Positions 40,523-52,123 of a stretch of 64,000 bases of DNA are shown here, piece by piece. The DNA lies in contig OY771555.1 in NCBI GenBank assembly GCA_963674785.1, positions 1,056,001-1,120,000 on the forward strand, written 5' to 3'. Made by a program: the position numbers and the translations under genes. The notes beneath the pieces are model-generated. The model searched no databases, was not told the DNA's origin, and was given only the letters and a program-made list of their open reading frames with translations. Positions within the stretch are counted from its first letter, which is position 1, and each line of letters begins with the position of its first letter. Origin of the DNA: Caldisericia bacterium. GTDB taxonomy: Bacteria; Caldisericota; Caldisericia; JAAYUI01.

Positions 40523-42178
40523 ATGAGAAAATGTTTGTCGATTGTATGTTTATTTGTGGTGTTAATTCTAAGCTCATCTTTGTTTGTATCTGCAGATGAG
40601 GCAAAAAAATATATCACACCTGCGTCTAACCCCTGGATTTGCTCAACAGAATCTCCAGGCAAACATGTTAGAAAACTTTGGGAGATAGAAGGAATAAGAG
40701 AAACTGTATCACCTGGTTGTTTTGACAGTGTGTTTTACGCTTCAGAAAATGAATTATTCTTTATAACAGATACGAATAAGCTTGCAATACTTGATATTGA
40801 AACTGGCAAAATAAAGAACACATGGTCTAACTTCAAATATCTGAGTGTTTTTTATAAGGTTGATGATGCATTGTTGGTCATGATTGAGAAAAGTAGTAGT
40901 GAAAATACGATTGTTGCACTTGATTATAACACGAAGAAGAAAATATGGGAATATTCATTTACCATAAACCCTGAAAGTTTTAGTGAATCAAGTTTTTTCT
41001 ATAATCATATTGTTTCAAGTGGAGATTATTCGATCTTTTATGAGAATCGGGAAACTAAAGTCTGTTTTGAGACAAAAACTGGAAAAGTACTTTGGAAGAT
41101 TGTTGATAATAATGACATAGAGCTTGGTGCCGGTTTTCTTGTAGATGATAAATTTTATCATGTAATTGATAGAAGAAGACCCAAACCTAAATTCTCATGT
41201 TTTGATATTCTTGAGAAGAAAACAATATGGACTATTGATGAGCCTCGATGTTTGAAAAACAAGGACAAAGTTGAACCTGGTGAAAAGCAAAATTTTTCAA
41301 TTAGGGGGATTGAGTTTAGAGAAGACTTCTATTATGTTCTGATTGACAATTTTGAGTCTACGTATTATGTGATATGTCTTGATTCGAAAAACGGTTCAAA
41401 AAAGTGGGAGTTTGAAACAAAAACCCTAATATCGTATATTGAACAAATCCCGTACCACAATAAAATATTGGTGTATGACTATGATGGCACAATCTTTATG
41501 TGTCTAGACAAAGACACAGGAACTCAGCTGTGGCAAAAAGAAATAACTAGTGGGGCAGATTCCTTCCTACCTACAGAAAAATACATCTATGCCTTCAATA
41601 GTTCTGAGTTCTACACCATAGATGTTGATACAGGTGAAAGACATATATCTATTGAAGAATTTACATGGCCATCAGGTTTTGAAATGGCTATAATCGACAG
41701 AAGATTATTCTTGTTTAGTAATGATAAACCCTCCATTACTTGTTATGATGGATACACAGAAATCAACTATAGAGTAGATCGAAAATCCTACTATATTGGT
41801 GAAAGCAGAACATCTATGGACTCATCACCTATCATACAAAACGATAGAACACTACTACCTGCAAGATATGTGCTTGACCCATTAGATGGAGAGATCACAT
41901 GGGATGGAGATGAAAGAAAAGTCATATGTAAGCTACTGACACCAAGAGAATTCACAGATGACTTGTCTCATGTAACAACAGTAGAATTGTGGATTGACAA
42001 TCCAGTTGCAAGGGTAAATGGAATGGAAACTCAGATAGATGAAACCAATCCAGATGTTACTCCAACAATAGTTGACGGTAGAACAATGGTTCCGATGAGA
42101 TTTTTAGCTGAGTCACTAGGCTGCAAAATAGAATGGATTGCAGACAAGAAAGAGATAAATCTATCGTATTTGCCTTGA
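40523..42178 (+). CDS. PQQ beta-propeller + stalk domain surface protein
   Basis: Signal peptide from ATG 40523; TGKVLW, NGSKKW, TGTQLW; stalk motifs. Confidence 0.88.
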   Translation: MRKCLSIVCLFVVLILSSSLFVSADEAKKYITPASNPWICSTESPGKHVRKLWEIEGIRETVSPGCFDSVFYASENELFFITDTNKLAILDIETGKIKNTWSNFKYLSVFYKVDDALLVMIEKSSSENTIVALDYNTKKKIWEYSFTINPESFSESSFFYNHIVSSGDYSIFYENRETKVCFETKTGKVLWKIVDNNDIELGAGFLVDDKFYHVIDRRRPKPKFSCFDILEKKTIWTIDEPRCLKNKDKVEPGEKQNFSIRGIEFREDFYYVLIDNFESTYYVICLDSKNGSKKWEFETKTLISYIEQIPYHNKILVYDYDGTIFMCLDKDTGTQLWQKEITSGADSFLPTEKYIYAFNSSEFYTIDVDTGERHISIEEFTWPSGFEMAIIDRRLFLFSNDKPSITCYDGYTEINYRVDRKSYYIGESRTSMDSSPIIQNDRTLLPARYVLDPLDGEITWDGDERKVICKLLTPREFTDDLSHVTTVELWIDNPVARVNGMETQIDETNPDVTPTIVDGRTMVPMRFLAESLGCKIEWIADKKEINLSYLP

Positions 42179-42274
42179 TATGCTGCCCGATAATACTTGA
42201 AGAGCAAAACAAAAACAGTGACAATTGCGTACAATGATAGTGATGGATAAACGAACTTTGAAGGGTTGTATTTC

Positions 42275-45172
42275 ATGAAATTTTTTAGAATTCTTGCCGC
42301 TTGCTTGCTGGTTTGTGTCTTGATTTCTACACCAAATCTGAAAGCAGAGTCAGAACCTGAAATCATCGAGGTTGCCAAGATTTGGCAGTTGGACAGTGAG
42401 TATTCTATTTTAGGGTATTATGATGTTTTTGTGTTCCTATCTACTCCTACTGATAATGGGATAATTCTATCAAAAATGGATGTTAGGTCAGGTGAATTGG
42501 TCTGGGAAACTGAGACTGAGTATACCAATTATAAACCAGTCTTTTCCCAAAATGGATATGTGGTTTTGTTTGATGAAGATTCTAAGCTGGTTTGTTTTGA
42601 TGATAATGGTGCAGAGATTTGGAAGTCTGAGATCATTGATACTCAATATAAATATGAATCAGGAATATCCATGAAAATAATTGAGGATGAAATCTTTATT
42701 TCAAAGTATGGAAAAGAATCTCACAAAGAAGGCAGCATTATTGAATCGAACCTCTATGCAATTGATATTTTTACAGGAGAACATGTTTGGTCAAAGGTTT
42801 CTGATAAGCCAATTACCGAATGTTTTGCTAAAACCTCTGAATATACCTTCTGGGGTGGAGGAAAAACCCTTTACTCATTTGGTGAGGGTGGCGAGACAGC
42901 TTGGGAGGATTATAAGCATTGTGATGTAGTTTCAAATACTCCAGACAATTGTGTGAGAGGTGATTACCTATTTTTTGGTTCATTCACCTGAAAACCCGGA
43001 GAATACAAATTAACAGTTGTTAATTATAAAAATGGAGAAAAGATTGCTGAGTATAGGCATTTGCCGACATCATTCCCATACCGATATAGTGGTGATTACA
43101 TCTTTATTGATACTGGCCCGAATAGGCTTGCGGTTCTAGATTCAGAAACTTTTAATGAGATACATAGTCTTGAATATAAAAGGTCGACATACTCTACCTT
43201 CCAAGCTTTAGATGACATGTTGTATATGACCAATAAAAGGGCTGACTCCCCTGGGGCGATTGCAAAAGTAGATCCCGAATCAGGTGAGATCGATTCTCTG
43301 ATTTTGATTGATAAAAAGATAAAAGACTTTGAGATAAGCAATTCTGATGATTGTTTGTATCTTGTTGTCACCACTAAGGATGGGATTTTTGCATACAAAC
43401 AAAAACCCGCGGATGTTTTATCGGAACCAGTTTTATATGAGTATTCAGACGAACCATTTGGCTTTCATCCAGCATTGATCAGGGATGCTAACATTGGTTA
43501 TTCTGAAGCTGAGAATATTGGTGTTTGCTGGACTAGACCTTCCCTTTATGCTTATCAGTTTATCATTCAACCTGATATAACCAAAGAGGTTTATGATTTC
43601 AGAATGCATGACCGATTATATGGAGAAACGCCTGATAATATATCAATCCTCGGAAATATCTCTCCAGATATTTCAGGCAAGGGGGCAAGGGAGAAAGATC
43701 ATCCTGATTACATGAAAAAGGGTTCCTATGAACCAGTTGATGTTTCTGCATACGAAAAGTTTGTAAGAGCAACAGTCGAAAGATATGATGGGGATGGTAT
43801 AAATGATATGCCAGGACTTACAAATCCTGTAAAATACTGGCAGGTTGACAATGAGCCACCAAGAGATGGCAAGGATGATTTTGCTGTCTTGCAAGAAATC
43901 ACCTACAAAGCTATCAAAGAATCCTGCCCAGACTGCCAGGTGATGATCGGTGGTGCAACAGGATTCCCGGATGTCTTTGATGATAATTTCAAAGCGTATT
44001 CAAAGATTTTAAAAGACCTAAATGGTGAATATATCGACATCTTTGATTTTCACTGGTACGGGGATGCTTTTGGAGATTATCGAGAGCTTGGTTTGTCGCT
44101 TGAGCTTATCAGAAAAACTTTGAATGAAACTGGATTCTCTGATATTCCAATCTGGATTACTGAGATGGGTGCATATTCTGGAAGCCCAAGAAGCTTTTTG
44201 AAGCTTGAGTCTCCCCCTCAAACTGAGCAGATGCAGGCTGTAGATTACTTCAAAAAATTTATCTATCCAATCTCTCAGGGAGTTGAAAAAGTCTTCCCTG
44301 CCTTTGGGCTTATTGAAGGCTTCAAACAGGATAATGGGTATTTTGATCATACTGGTTTGATCTATGACGGAAAATTGCCTGATGACCTTGGTAAGGGTGT
44401 AAAGAAACTTGGTTATTGGACATATAAATATATGACGGAAAGACTCACCGGTTCTGATTGGGATACATTATCTGAGATCTATTCAGAAGATGGTGTCTAT
44501 GGATACAAGATAATAAAAGATGATAATCCTCTTTGGATTTTCTGGTGGGATTGGTTTGAAGACTCATCGCTTGAAACAAAAGAGACCTCTGTAAATATTG
44601 ATAATATCTCTGGAACTGTTGAATTAGTGGAGGTTGTACCAAGCACGCAAACAGGCAAAGAGCTCCAAGACTCCGACTATCCGAACTTTTTTGCATCGAG
44701 TCAAAAGGAAATTAACAACGGGGAGTTGAACCTGGAACTTGGAATGAACCCTGTGATAATCGAGATAACTGATTTGAAAGAGATCATCGAAATCAAATAT
44801 CAAATTGACAAATATTCCTATTTGGTGGATGGGGTGGATTACCCAATCGATACTCCACCTGTTGTAAAAGATGGAAGAACCCTCCTCCCCGCAAGGTTTG
44901 TAACAGAACCACTTGGAGGGGATGTAGGTTGGGAATCCACAGAAAAGAAGGTCATCTGCACTCTTGGTGAAGTGGCTGTAGAAATGTGGATTGGAAAACC
45001 AATTGCCAAAGTAAATGGCCAAGAAGTTCAGATTGACCCAGACAACCCTGATGTTGTCCCAACAATAATCAACGACAGGACAATGGTTCCAATGAGATTC
45101 CTCGCAGAAAGCCTTGGTTGTGAGGTTGAATGGGTAGCAGAAACTAGGGAGATAATCCTACAATACAAATAG
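42275..45172 (+). pseudogene. PQQ propeller + clan GH-A glycoside hydrolase + stalk protein, interrupted by in-frame TGA at 42989-42991
   Basis: ORFs 42266-42991 and 43061-45172 share a frame (FGSFT*KPGEYKLTVV...); WQVDNEP and WITEMG catalytic-type motifs; stalk C-terminus. Confidence 0.8.
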
Positions 45173-45235
45173 GTCTTCACAAATAAGTAACTTGTTTCAG
45201 CCTTTATTTAGGTTAGTATTTTCATGGAGGAAATA

Positions 45236-47257
45236 ATGAAAAGAGTGCTTGTTGTTTTGTCTGTTGTGTCGGTTTTAGTGCTGTCGACAAATGTTACTGG
45301 AAACACAATTAGATCATTACCATATAACATATTAGACATAGGGCCAAAATACTACCCTCATATTGATATGATGTATGAAGAGACCGAAGTCTTTGTCGAC
45401 ACTCCACCATCAGAATACCCAAAACTAGTCAAAATTGGGGATTCATCAAACCCAAACATTGTTGAGTGGTTTCCAGATGAGCCGGAATTTACTGGTCAAT
45501 TGGATATAAAATGGACAACAGACATTCCATACAAATACAGACAAAATAATACTTTCTTTAACAACACTCCAGAAGGATGGTTATTCATTGAACCGGATAT
45601 AAAGCCAGATGAAGATGATATTGTAAGAGGTGAAAACTATACAAACCATCTTCTAAACCCTGAAGATGGTGAAGATAAAATATTACCACCAAAGTTTTCA
45701 TTGTTTAGCTACTTAAACACTGTACCAAAAATATGTAACCCACCAGTATCACACCTTGATGGTGATGATGAGTATGAAACAGACATCAGATGTTATGACA
45801 TATCAAAGAATGAGATTATATGGCATATAAAAGATGATAGGGTTGGCACTCATGATTGTGCACCATATCTTCCAGTTGATCTCAGAGATGGAAAGCTTTA
45901 TTACCTGATTGATGGGGTAACATGTATAAACCCAAAAACAGGAGTCGTTGATTGGTCATATTCATATAAAGCAGAAAAGCCTTTAGAGAAGTTCTATTCA
46001 CCAGTTAATACATCAAGATATCATATACGGATGTATAGACCGTTTGATTATTATGAGGATCGACAGGCTCAAACTTATTTCTACTTTTTTGACCTGAATA
46101 AGGATTATAAACTGCTCGTATCATATTATATTGTCGGGACTCTTAGCTTTAAGCTATTACCTGACAATTCCAGAAATGTTGATGTATATAACCAGATGGA
46201 TGAAAATGGAGAGTCATGGTATACACTTAGCGTATATCCTGAGCACCGATGGGCTGGTTGGAGGAACTTTGGTTTAAAACTATCAGTCATATTTTTCACC
46301 CTCCACCCGGAACTCCTTGGCAAAGGATATATAGTTTCTGATATTGGACTTATGGAAGACAAACGAATGGTCACATTCTGTTCAGGTTGTGAAGAGTTTC
46401 CTGATTATGGAAAGAAAGAATACTACACAAAAGAAAGAGTTCCTGACTATGTCAATGAAAAGTACAACTTCTTAATTGATAGATATGAACCAAAAGAACT
46501 CATAGAAATCCCATCTGTTCTCTTCGACACAAAAAGCACACATGCACAGGTTGTTGATAATGAACTTGTCATCCAAACAAAGGACAAGATATTCGGAGTA
46601 GACACAGAATCCTTATCAATCAAATGGCAGATAGACAAATCAGATTATGATAATCCAGAAAATGCTATAGTGTGTGCAGTAGACTGGCGTGGTGTACTTG
46701 TACTGGAAGATATCATCCTTGAAGAAGATAATAAGATTGCAAGATTCAGATGTTACAATATTGTCCCTGATGAACCAGAACCTGAGCCTATACCTGAGCC
46801 CGACCCCGAACCTGACCCAGATCCTTCCCCAATCCCTGAACCAGTTGTTCTAGACCCTGTGATACTTGAGTTCCAGATAGACAGAGAATCATACATTATT
46901 GATGGTAGCGAAAGACTGATCGATGCAGCACCAGTAATCCAAAATGGCAGAACTCTCCTCCCCGCAAGGTTTGTAACTGAACCACTTGGTGGTGATGTCT
47001 CTTGGAACGCAACAGATAAAGCAGTTGTTTGTTCACTTGGAGAAATCACAGTCGAATTCTGGATTGGCAAACCAATTGCCAAGATTAATGGAGAAGAAGT
47101 ACAAATTGACCCAGACAATCCAGATGTAGTCCCAACAATAATCAATGACAGGACAATGGTTCCAATGAGATTTCTAGCAGAAAGCCTTGGTTGTGAGGTT
47201 GAGTGGGTAGCGGATACTAAGGAGATCATACTGACATACACTCCATTAACTCAGTAA
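45236..47257 (+). CDS. PQQ-like propeller + Pro-Glu/Asp linker + stalk domain surface protein
   Basis: Signal peptide; FTGQLDIKW; VDWRGVLV; PEPEPIPEPDPEPDPDP; stalk motifs. Confidence 0.88.
   Translation: MKRVLVVLSVVSVLVLSTNVTGNTIRSLPYNILDIGPKYYPHIDMMYEETEVFVDTPPSEYPKLVKIGDSSNPNIVEWFPDEPEFTGQLDIKWTTDIPYKYRQNNTFFNNTPEGWLFIEPDIKPDEDDIVRGENYTNHLLNPEDGEDKILPPKFSLFSYLNTVPKICNPPVSHLDGDDEYETDIRCYDISKNEIIWHIKDDRVGTHDCAPYLPVDLRDGKLYYLIDGVTCINPKTGVVDWSYSYKAEKPLEKFYSPVNTSRYHIRMYRPFDYYEDRQAQTYFYFFDLNKDYKLLVSYYIVGTLSFKLLPDNSRNVDVYNQMDENGESWYTLSVYPEHRWAGWRNFGLKLSVIFFTLHPELLGKGYIVSDIGLMEDKRMVTFCSGCEEFPDYGKKEYYTKERVPDYVNEKYNFLIDRYEPKELIEIPSVLFDTKSTHAQVVDNELVIQTKDKIFGVDTESLSIKWQIDKSDYDNPENAIVCAVDWRGVLVLEDIILEEDNKIARFRCYNIVPDEPEPEPIPEPDPEPDPDPSPIPEPVVLDPVILEFQIDRESYIIDGSERLIDAAPVIQNGRTLLPARFVTEPLGGDVSWNATDKAVVCSLGEITVEFWIGKPIAKINGEEVQIDPDNPDVVPTIINDRTMVPMRFLAESLGCEVEWVADTKEIILTYTPLTQ
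46766..46843 (+). repeat. Pro-Glu/Asp linker low-complexity repeat (second copy at 48924-49004)
   Basis: Degenerate CCnGAn hexamer repeats encoding PE/PD. Confidence 0.8.
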
Positions 47258-47281
47258 CAGCAACAGATGAAATAAACTTTC

Positions 47282-47329
47282 AAAGGTAGTTTGATAGTCT
47301 GTTTGATGATGATTATCAAGCTACCTTTT
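47282..47329 (+). terminator. probable intrinsic terminator
   Basis: AAAGGTAGTTTGATAGTC...GATTATCAAGCTACCTTTT; both mismatches are G-U pairs on the plus strand. Confidence 0.65.
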
Positions 47330-47444
47330 GGAATATAAATCACGAAATTATGGATTCTAAAGAATCTTTCAGTTTTGTTTTAGATAATATTTATATTAAC
47401 CTACATGTTTAATAATAGTGTTAGACTTCATAATGGAGGAAGCA

Positions 47445-49409
47445 ATGAGAAAAACTCTGGTTATGCTTTTAGCGCTACTTGTTTTTGTATCTGTTTCAAA
47501 TCATGATGGATACAGCTATAGTTCTTTACTTGTCGAATCGTCAGATTGGGAGATCGTAGAGAGTTCTGATTATCCTGAGGTCAGAAAAAATGAAAACTCA
47601 GAAGAAGTTACCGTTTCAAAATGGTCTCCAGAACCATTTAATGGAAGAGGAGAGCTTATAAAAAAATGGGAAAAGGAAATTGGTTATATTGACGAAAGCC
47701 AATTCAATATCCAACCAACAAAAAATGGATGGATCTATATATCTCCAGACCAAGAAATATCAGATGATTCATTTGGATATCTAGGTGGGGAAAACTATAC
47801 AAATATTTTAATTGATCCAGAAACTGGCGAATCAAAAACACTGACTCCAAAATTCCTGATGCAAAGTCGCTACTATCGAACCGATAAGCTTGTTTGCTCA
47901 CCTCCATATACTCCAAAAGCCAGCGGAGAACCAATTGATATCCGATGTTACGATCTTGAAAATGATAAGGTTATTTGGTCAATTCATGATGAAAGAGTTG
48001 GTCGAATTTGGGCAAGTCCAAATGTTCCATTGTTTCATTCAAATGGAAGATACTTCTATATTCATAGCGGAATAACTGAGTTTGATATCAATACTGGTGA
48101 GATTCTTTGGTCATCAAACCTGATCGAGTCAGATACTGAAAAGAGTTTTGATGGATATGTTTTCCCAGGAATTGCACATGTTCATGTTCTTGACGATTTT
48201 GTTTTGATTACAACTGGAAGTCGCAACTATTATTGGTACTACAAAATTGATATGAAGAATAAAACTATTGATAAGGTAGTTCGATCAATTAATCATGAAC
48301 AGAGATATATTTTAGATGAAAAAGAGTTATGGATGACATCAGAGGATGATAAATTTATTCTTAAATATAACCTAGACTCAATGATGGTTGAAAAGAAATA
48401 TGGAATCAAACTATCACTTAAAAGTAGAATCGATAAATCTTACAGTGATACTGAAACATATTATTCAATAGATGCACCAATAGGAAGATTTACTCCAATT
48501 AGAGTTTTTATCGCATCTGAAAAGCAAATCCTAAAATGTGACTCTTGTCCTGGAGAGTATTTTGTAAGCAACACTTTTTCGCGTGGATATCAATCAATTC
48601 TCCCTTGTTACAAGTACAAGACATACGACTTTTTATTCGATAAGGATAATCCGTATGAGTTAATCGAAGTTCTTCCAGAAATAGCTTCAAACAAAGAAAC
48701 ATATATACAGTATTTTGACAATCAAATAATTGTTCACACAAGAGATTCTATTACAAGTTATGATTTTAAGACAAATGAAGAGTTGTGGTCGATAGACAAA
48801 AGTAAATTCAGCAGTCCAGAAAAAGCAAAAGTACTAGCTTCTGATTCACATGGAATTTTGGTTCAAGACTATAGCAACAATAAGAAAGCACTCTTTTATT
48901 GTTATGATGCAATTATTGAAATCCCCGAACCTGAACCAGAACCCGAACCAGAACCAACTCCAGAGCCGGAACCCGATCCAGACCCCTCCCCAATCCCTGA
49001 ACCAGTGGTTCCTGATCCAATAAAAATAGAATTCCAGATAGACAGAGAATCATACATCATTGACGGTAGCGAGAGGGTTATCGATGCTGCACCAGTAATC
49101 CAAAATGGCAGAACTCTCCTCCCCGCAAGGTTTGTAACTGAACCACTTGGAGGGGATGTAGGTTGGGAAGCCACAGACAAGAAGGTAGTTTGCACACTTG
49201 GTGAAACAACAGTTGAAATGTGGATTGGAAAACCAATTGCCAAAGTAAATGACGAAGAAGTTCAAATTGACCCAGACAATCCAGATGTAGTGCCAACAAT
49301 TATCAATGATAGGACAATGGTACCAATGAGATTCCTTGCAGAAACCTTTGGCTGTGAGGTTGAGTGGGTGGCTGAAATAAAGGAGATAATATTGACATAT
49401 GAACCATAG
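47445..49409 (+). CDS. PQQ-like propeller + Pro-Glu linker + stalk domain surface protein (paralog of 45236-47257)
   Basis: GGAGG RBS; FNGRGELIKKW; GENYTN and DIRCYD shared with the upstream paralog; stalk motifs. Confidence 0.88.
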   Translation: MRKTLVMLLALLVFVSVSNHDGYSYSSLLVESSDWEIVESSDYPEVRKNENSEEVTVSKWSPEPFNGRGELIKKWEKEIGYIDESQFNIQPTKNGWIYISPDQEISDDSFGYLGGENYTNILIDPETGESKTLTPKFLMQSRYYRTDKLVCSPPYTPKASGEPIDIRCYDLENDKVIWSIHDERVGRIWASPNVPLFHSNGRYFYIHSGITEFDINTGEILWSSNLIESDTEKSFDGYVFPGIAHVHVLDDFVLITTGSRNYYWYYKIDMKNKTIDKVVRSINHEQRYILDEKELWMTSEDDKFILKYNLDSMMVEKKYGIKLSLKSRIDKSYSDTETYYSIDAPIGRFTPIRVFIASEKQILKCDSCPGEYFVSNTFSRGYQSILPCYKYKTYDFLFDKDNPYELIEVLPEIASNKETYIQYFDNQIIVHTRDSITSYDFKTNEELWSIDKSKFSSPEKAKVLASDSHGILVQDYSNNKKALFYCYDAIIEIPEPEPEPEPEPTPEPEPDPDPSPIPEPVVPDPIKIEFQIDRESYIIDGSERVIDAAPVIQNGRTLLPARFVTEPLGGDVGWEATDKKVVCTLGETTVEMWIGKPIAKVNDEEVQIDPDNPDVVPTIINDRTMVPMRFLAETFGCEVEWVAEIKEIILTYEP

Positions 49410-49528
49410 AGATCATCAATCAAACTCAAAAAGTTCATTCCAATCTGCAGATAAATCGCAAACCCAGAAAAAAGAGTTGAGATGATGGAGAAACCGAACA
49501 CAAAATTACCTAATATAAAGGAGAAATA

Positions 49529-50995
49529 ATGAAAATAAAAAATATTCCAAGAAAAAGAATAATAATGTTTGTTTGTGTTGCGGTTGTAATTTCTGCATCG
49601 ATCATCGCTTGCTCAACAAATGAAGACAAATCTTCTGGTTCTTTAGATATTCATCCTTTTCTTCAAGATGGTGAAACAATCATAAACATGAAAGATGTTA
49701 CTCCTGATCTGATTCCAGATGGTTACGATGAAAACACACTTTTGCGCACAACAAATGATTTTTTAATTTGCACTTTTGAGCTGGAATTTAAGACATTCTC
49801 AAAGAAGAAAATTGATTCCTTCACAGCCGATAACGAAATCAGTTTTATTGAAGGTAACAAGCAGCTAAAGGAAGTATGGAGCTGGAGCGGACAGTGGAAT
49901 AATCCGACAAAAGCAGGACGTTTTTGCAATTTAGGAGAATCTAACTTTGGAAGATTCTGGAAAATAGAAGTTAGAGGTGAAACAAAGTACCTAAACACAA
50001 AAACATTTAAAGAGATTAAGATGAAAAAAGACCTCCCTGAGATGATGTTCATTGACAAAAAGCAGGGTCTAGCTATAGGGAAACAGGACAGTGATGTAAG
50101 ATCCTCTGAAGATATATCTTTATTTGATATGACTGGAAAAAAATATTGGGAGTTTACAGAAAGAGATGCTTCAACATTTCATTTAATTGGAAATTATCTT
50201 ATATATTCAAGACGGGATCTTACTGGTTATTTTATTGTAGATATTACAAGTAAAAAACCTATTGCAAGAATGAGAACAAGGGCAAGAGGTAAGATGTCAT
50301 CAATAAATGGTAGCCCAGTTTTTTCTGATAAATACTTCTGGTCAATTGGCTCAAACACAATGAGAGATGAAACAAACCTGTATAGGATTGACCCTGAATC
50401 CTTTGAAGTATTTACATACGATATCAAAAATCCTGATCGAGTTTTTTACATTGATGAGAAGCTGTATGTTGTTGATGAGACACAAACAAATCTATATGTG
50501 ATTGACCCGGATTCTGGAATTACAGAAAGTGTCTATTCTGTGAATGAGCTTTTTACGGATACAAAGTTCACCATATTTACAAATTCTTATCATCCTTTTG
50601 TGTGTTCAGATGAAATGTATATACAAGCAGCTATTGAGTTCCGTGAAGAAAATGATGAACTACCACCAGAAACACCTTTTACATACTCTTCTTACAAATC
50701 TACAAATGATATATCTGATTATATCTTTAATCCAGCTATCCCAGAAAACTCCTTCGAGATTGAAACCTTTATTGCAGAATCTAACTACAACAATGGAAGG
50801 TGGCTTGGTTGGAAAAACTATTGGTCAGCAATTGATGGAGAAAAGATTTATGGAATCGATACATTCACAGGAGAACACTTATGGTGGATTGATATTGATG
50901 AGTTAGGTTCATATCCCGAGGTTCTCCTTGCAGATGAGCACGGTGTTCTTATTGCTCATGGGAACACGATATCAGCATATGCTCCAACTGAGTAA
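49529..50995 (+). CDS. PQQ-like propeller protein, probable lipoprotein
   Basis: IIAC lipobox-like; WWIDIDELGSYPEVLLADEHGVLI end motif. Confidence 0.8.
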   Translation: MKIKNIPRKRIIMFVCVAVVISASIIACSTNEDKSSGSLDIHPFLQDGETIINMKDVTPDLIPDGYDENTLLRTTNDFLICTFELEFKTFSKKKIDSFTADNEISFIEGNKQLKEVWSWSGQWNNPTKAGRFCNLGESNFGRFWKIEVRGETKYLNTKTFKEIKMKKDLPEMMFIDKKQGLAIGKQDSDVRSSEDISLFDMTGKKYWEFTERDASTFHLIGNYLIYSRRDLTGYFIVDITSKKPIARMRTRARGKMSSINGSPVFSDKYFWSIGSNTMRDETNLYRIDPESFEVFTYDIKNPDRVFYIDEKLYVVDETQTNLYVIDPDSGITESVYSVNELFTDTKFTIFTNSYHPFVCSDEMYIQAAIEFREENDELPPETPFTYSSYKSTNDISDYIFNPAIPENSFEIETFIAESNYNNGRWLGWKNYWSAIDGEKIYGIDTFTGEHLWWIDIDELGSYPEVLLADEHGVLIAHGNTISAYAPTE

Positions 50996-51168
50996 TATTG
51001 AAAAGACAAGTGGAAACAAGTTGATAAACAATAATTTAATTGGCTACAGGTCTTTAGGATATTTGAAATTGATGTGGTTACATAGATTGGAGTTGTTCTA
51101 ATTCATCCCGAAAAATAAAAAGGCATCCAGAAATGTATGCCTTCGAGTATAGGGATGATTTTATTTAT

Positions 51169-51951
51169 CTAGATTTCGAGTTCTTTTTCGATTGAAAGCC
51201 TAGCGTTACAACCTAGTGCAAGAATGCCAACCGCAACAATGAAAAGTGGTGTGTTAACGACCATGGTTGTTGGCAAAATGGGTATACCCTTGAGACTTGT
51301 GAATATAAGCTGAATATGAGCGCCAACAAGCAAAACAAATCCGATTGCAATCACAACGTATGATCTTGCAAATTTTCCACCCCAGGTGAGTGATGCATTC
51401 ATCCAGGAAAGATATAGCATTAAAGCATCAAACAGCACAAAGATAGCAAAGCTCACTGTCATTCCAATTCCAAAAGTGCTAGTTGAATACATTCTAAACA
51501 GGAAGAACAAAATAAAGGCTGAAATAATTGAGATAACAATTATTGGAATCAATGTATTTGTTTTCTTCTCTCCTTTGAAATACCTGAGTGAGAAAATGAA
51601 ACCGATTATCATACATAAGTAACAAGCAACAGACAATATCTGTGATAGAAGAGCAAATGATTGAGGTAGTGTTGGGATAAGTGTTCGGAATAATGAGGTT
51701 GTAGACAGCAGAAAGCAGGCAATGCTGCCAGCAAAGATGAATATCCAGGTCTTACTCTCGGCAACTTTTCTTGATCTTGTTGCAACATAAACTTGGTATG
51801 AAACAATCACAAGAAGTGCAGAAAGAATAAAGAATCCAATTGCCACAATCCCTATTCCACCAATCACTGGTACCTCACCAAGGAAGAGTCTTAAAAAAGC
51901 AACAATCAATGTTACCGCAATAATGATATATCCTGTGGTGCTAAGCTTCAT
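51169..51951 (-). CDS. polytopic membrane protein
   Basis: About 8 hydrophobic segments; AAGGTG RBS. Confidence 0.78.
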   Translation of the reverse strand: MKLSTTGYIIIAVTLIVAFLRLFLGEVPVIGGIGIVAIGFFILSALLVIVSYQVYVATRSRKVAESKTWIFIFAGSIACFLLSTTSLFRTLIPTLPQSFALLSQILSVACYLCMIIGFIFSLRYFKGEKKTNTLIPIIVISIISAFILFFLFRMYSTSTFGIGMTVSFAIFVLFDALMLYLSWMNASLTWGGKFARSYVVIAIGFVLLVGAHIQLIFTSLKGIPILPTTMVVNTPLFIVAVGILALGCNARLSIEKELEI

Positions 51952-52123
51952 TTTTCACCTTCTTTCACAATTAGTTTTTGAGAAGTTACTATAACACCTT
52001 TTTTTTCAAAATGGAAATGATCATCAATTGAATTATTGAATCAACTTATGCAAGTAATTGAAAAAATTTCGGAATCGCCTATAATCTCAATGTTTGAAGC
52101 ATTCATGAATCTGGGGGCAAGAA

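Noticed and set aside
49410-49528. Possible gene remnant between surface-protein genes (similar region at 50996-51110)
   Set aside because: Short frames with stops and no recognisable motif; cannot be supported without a search.
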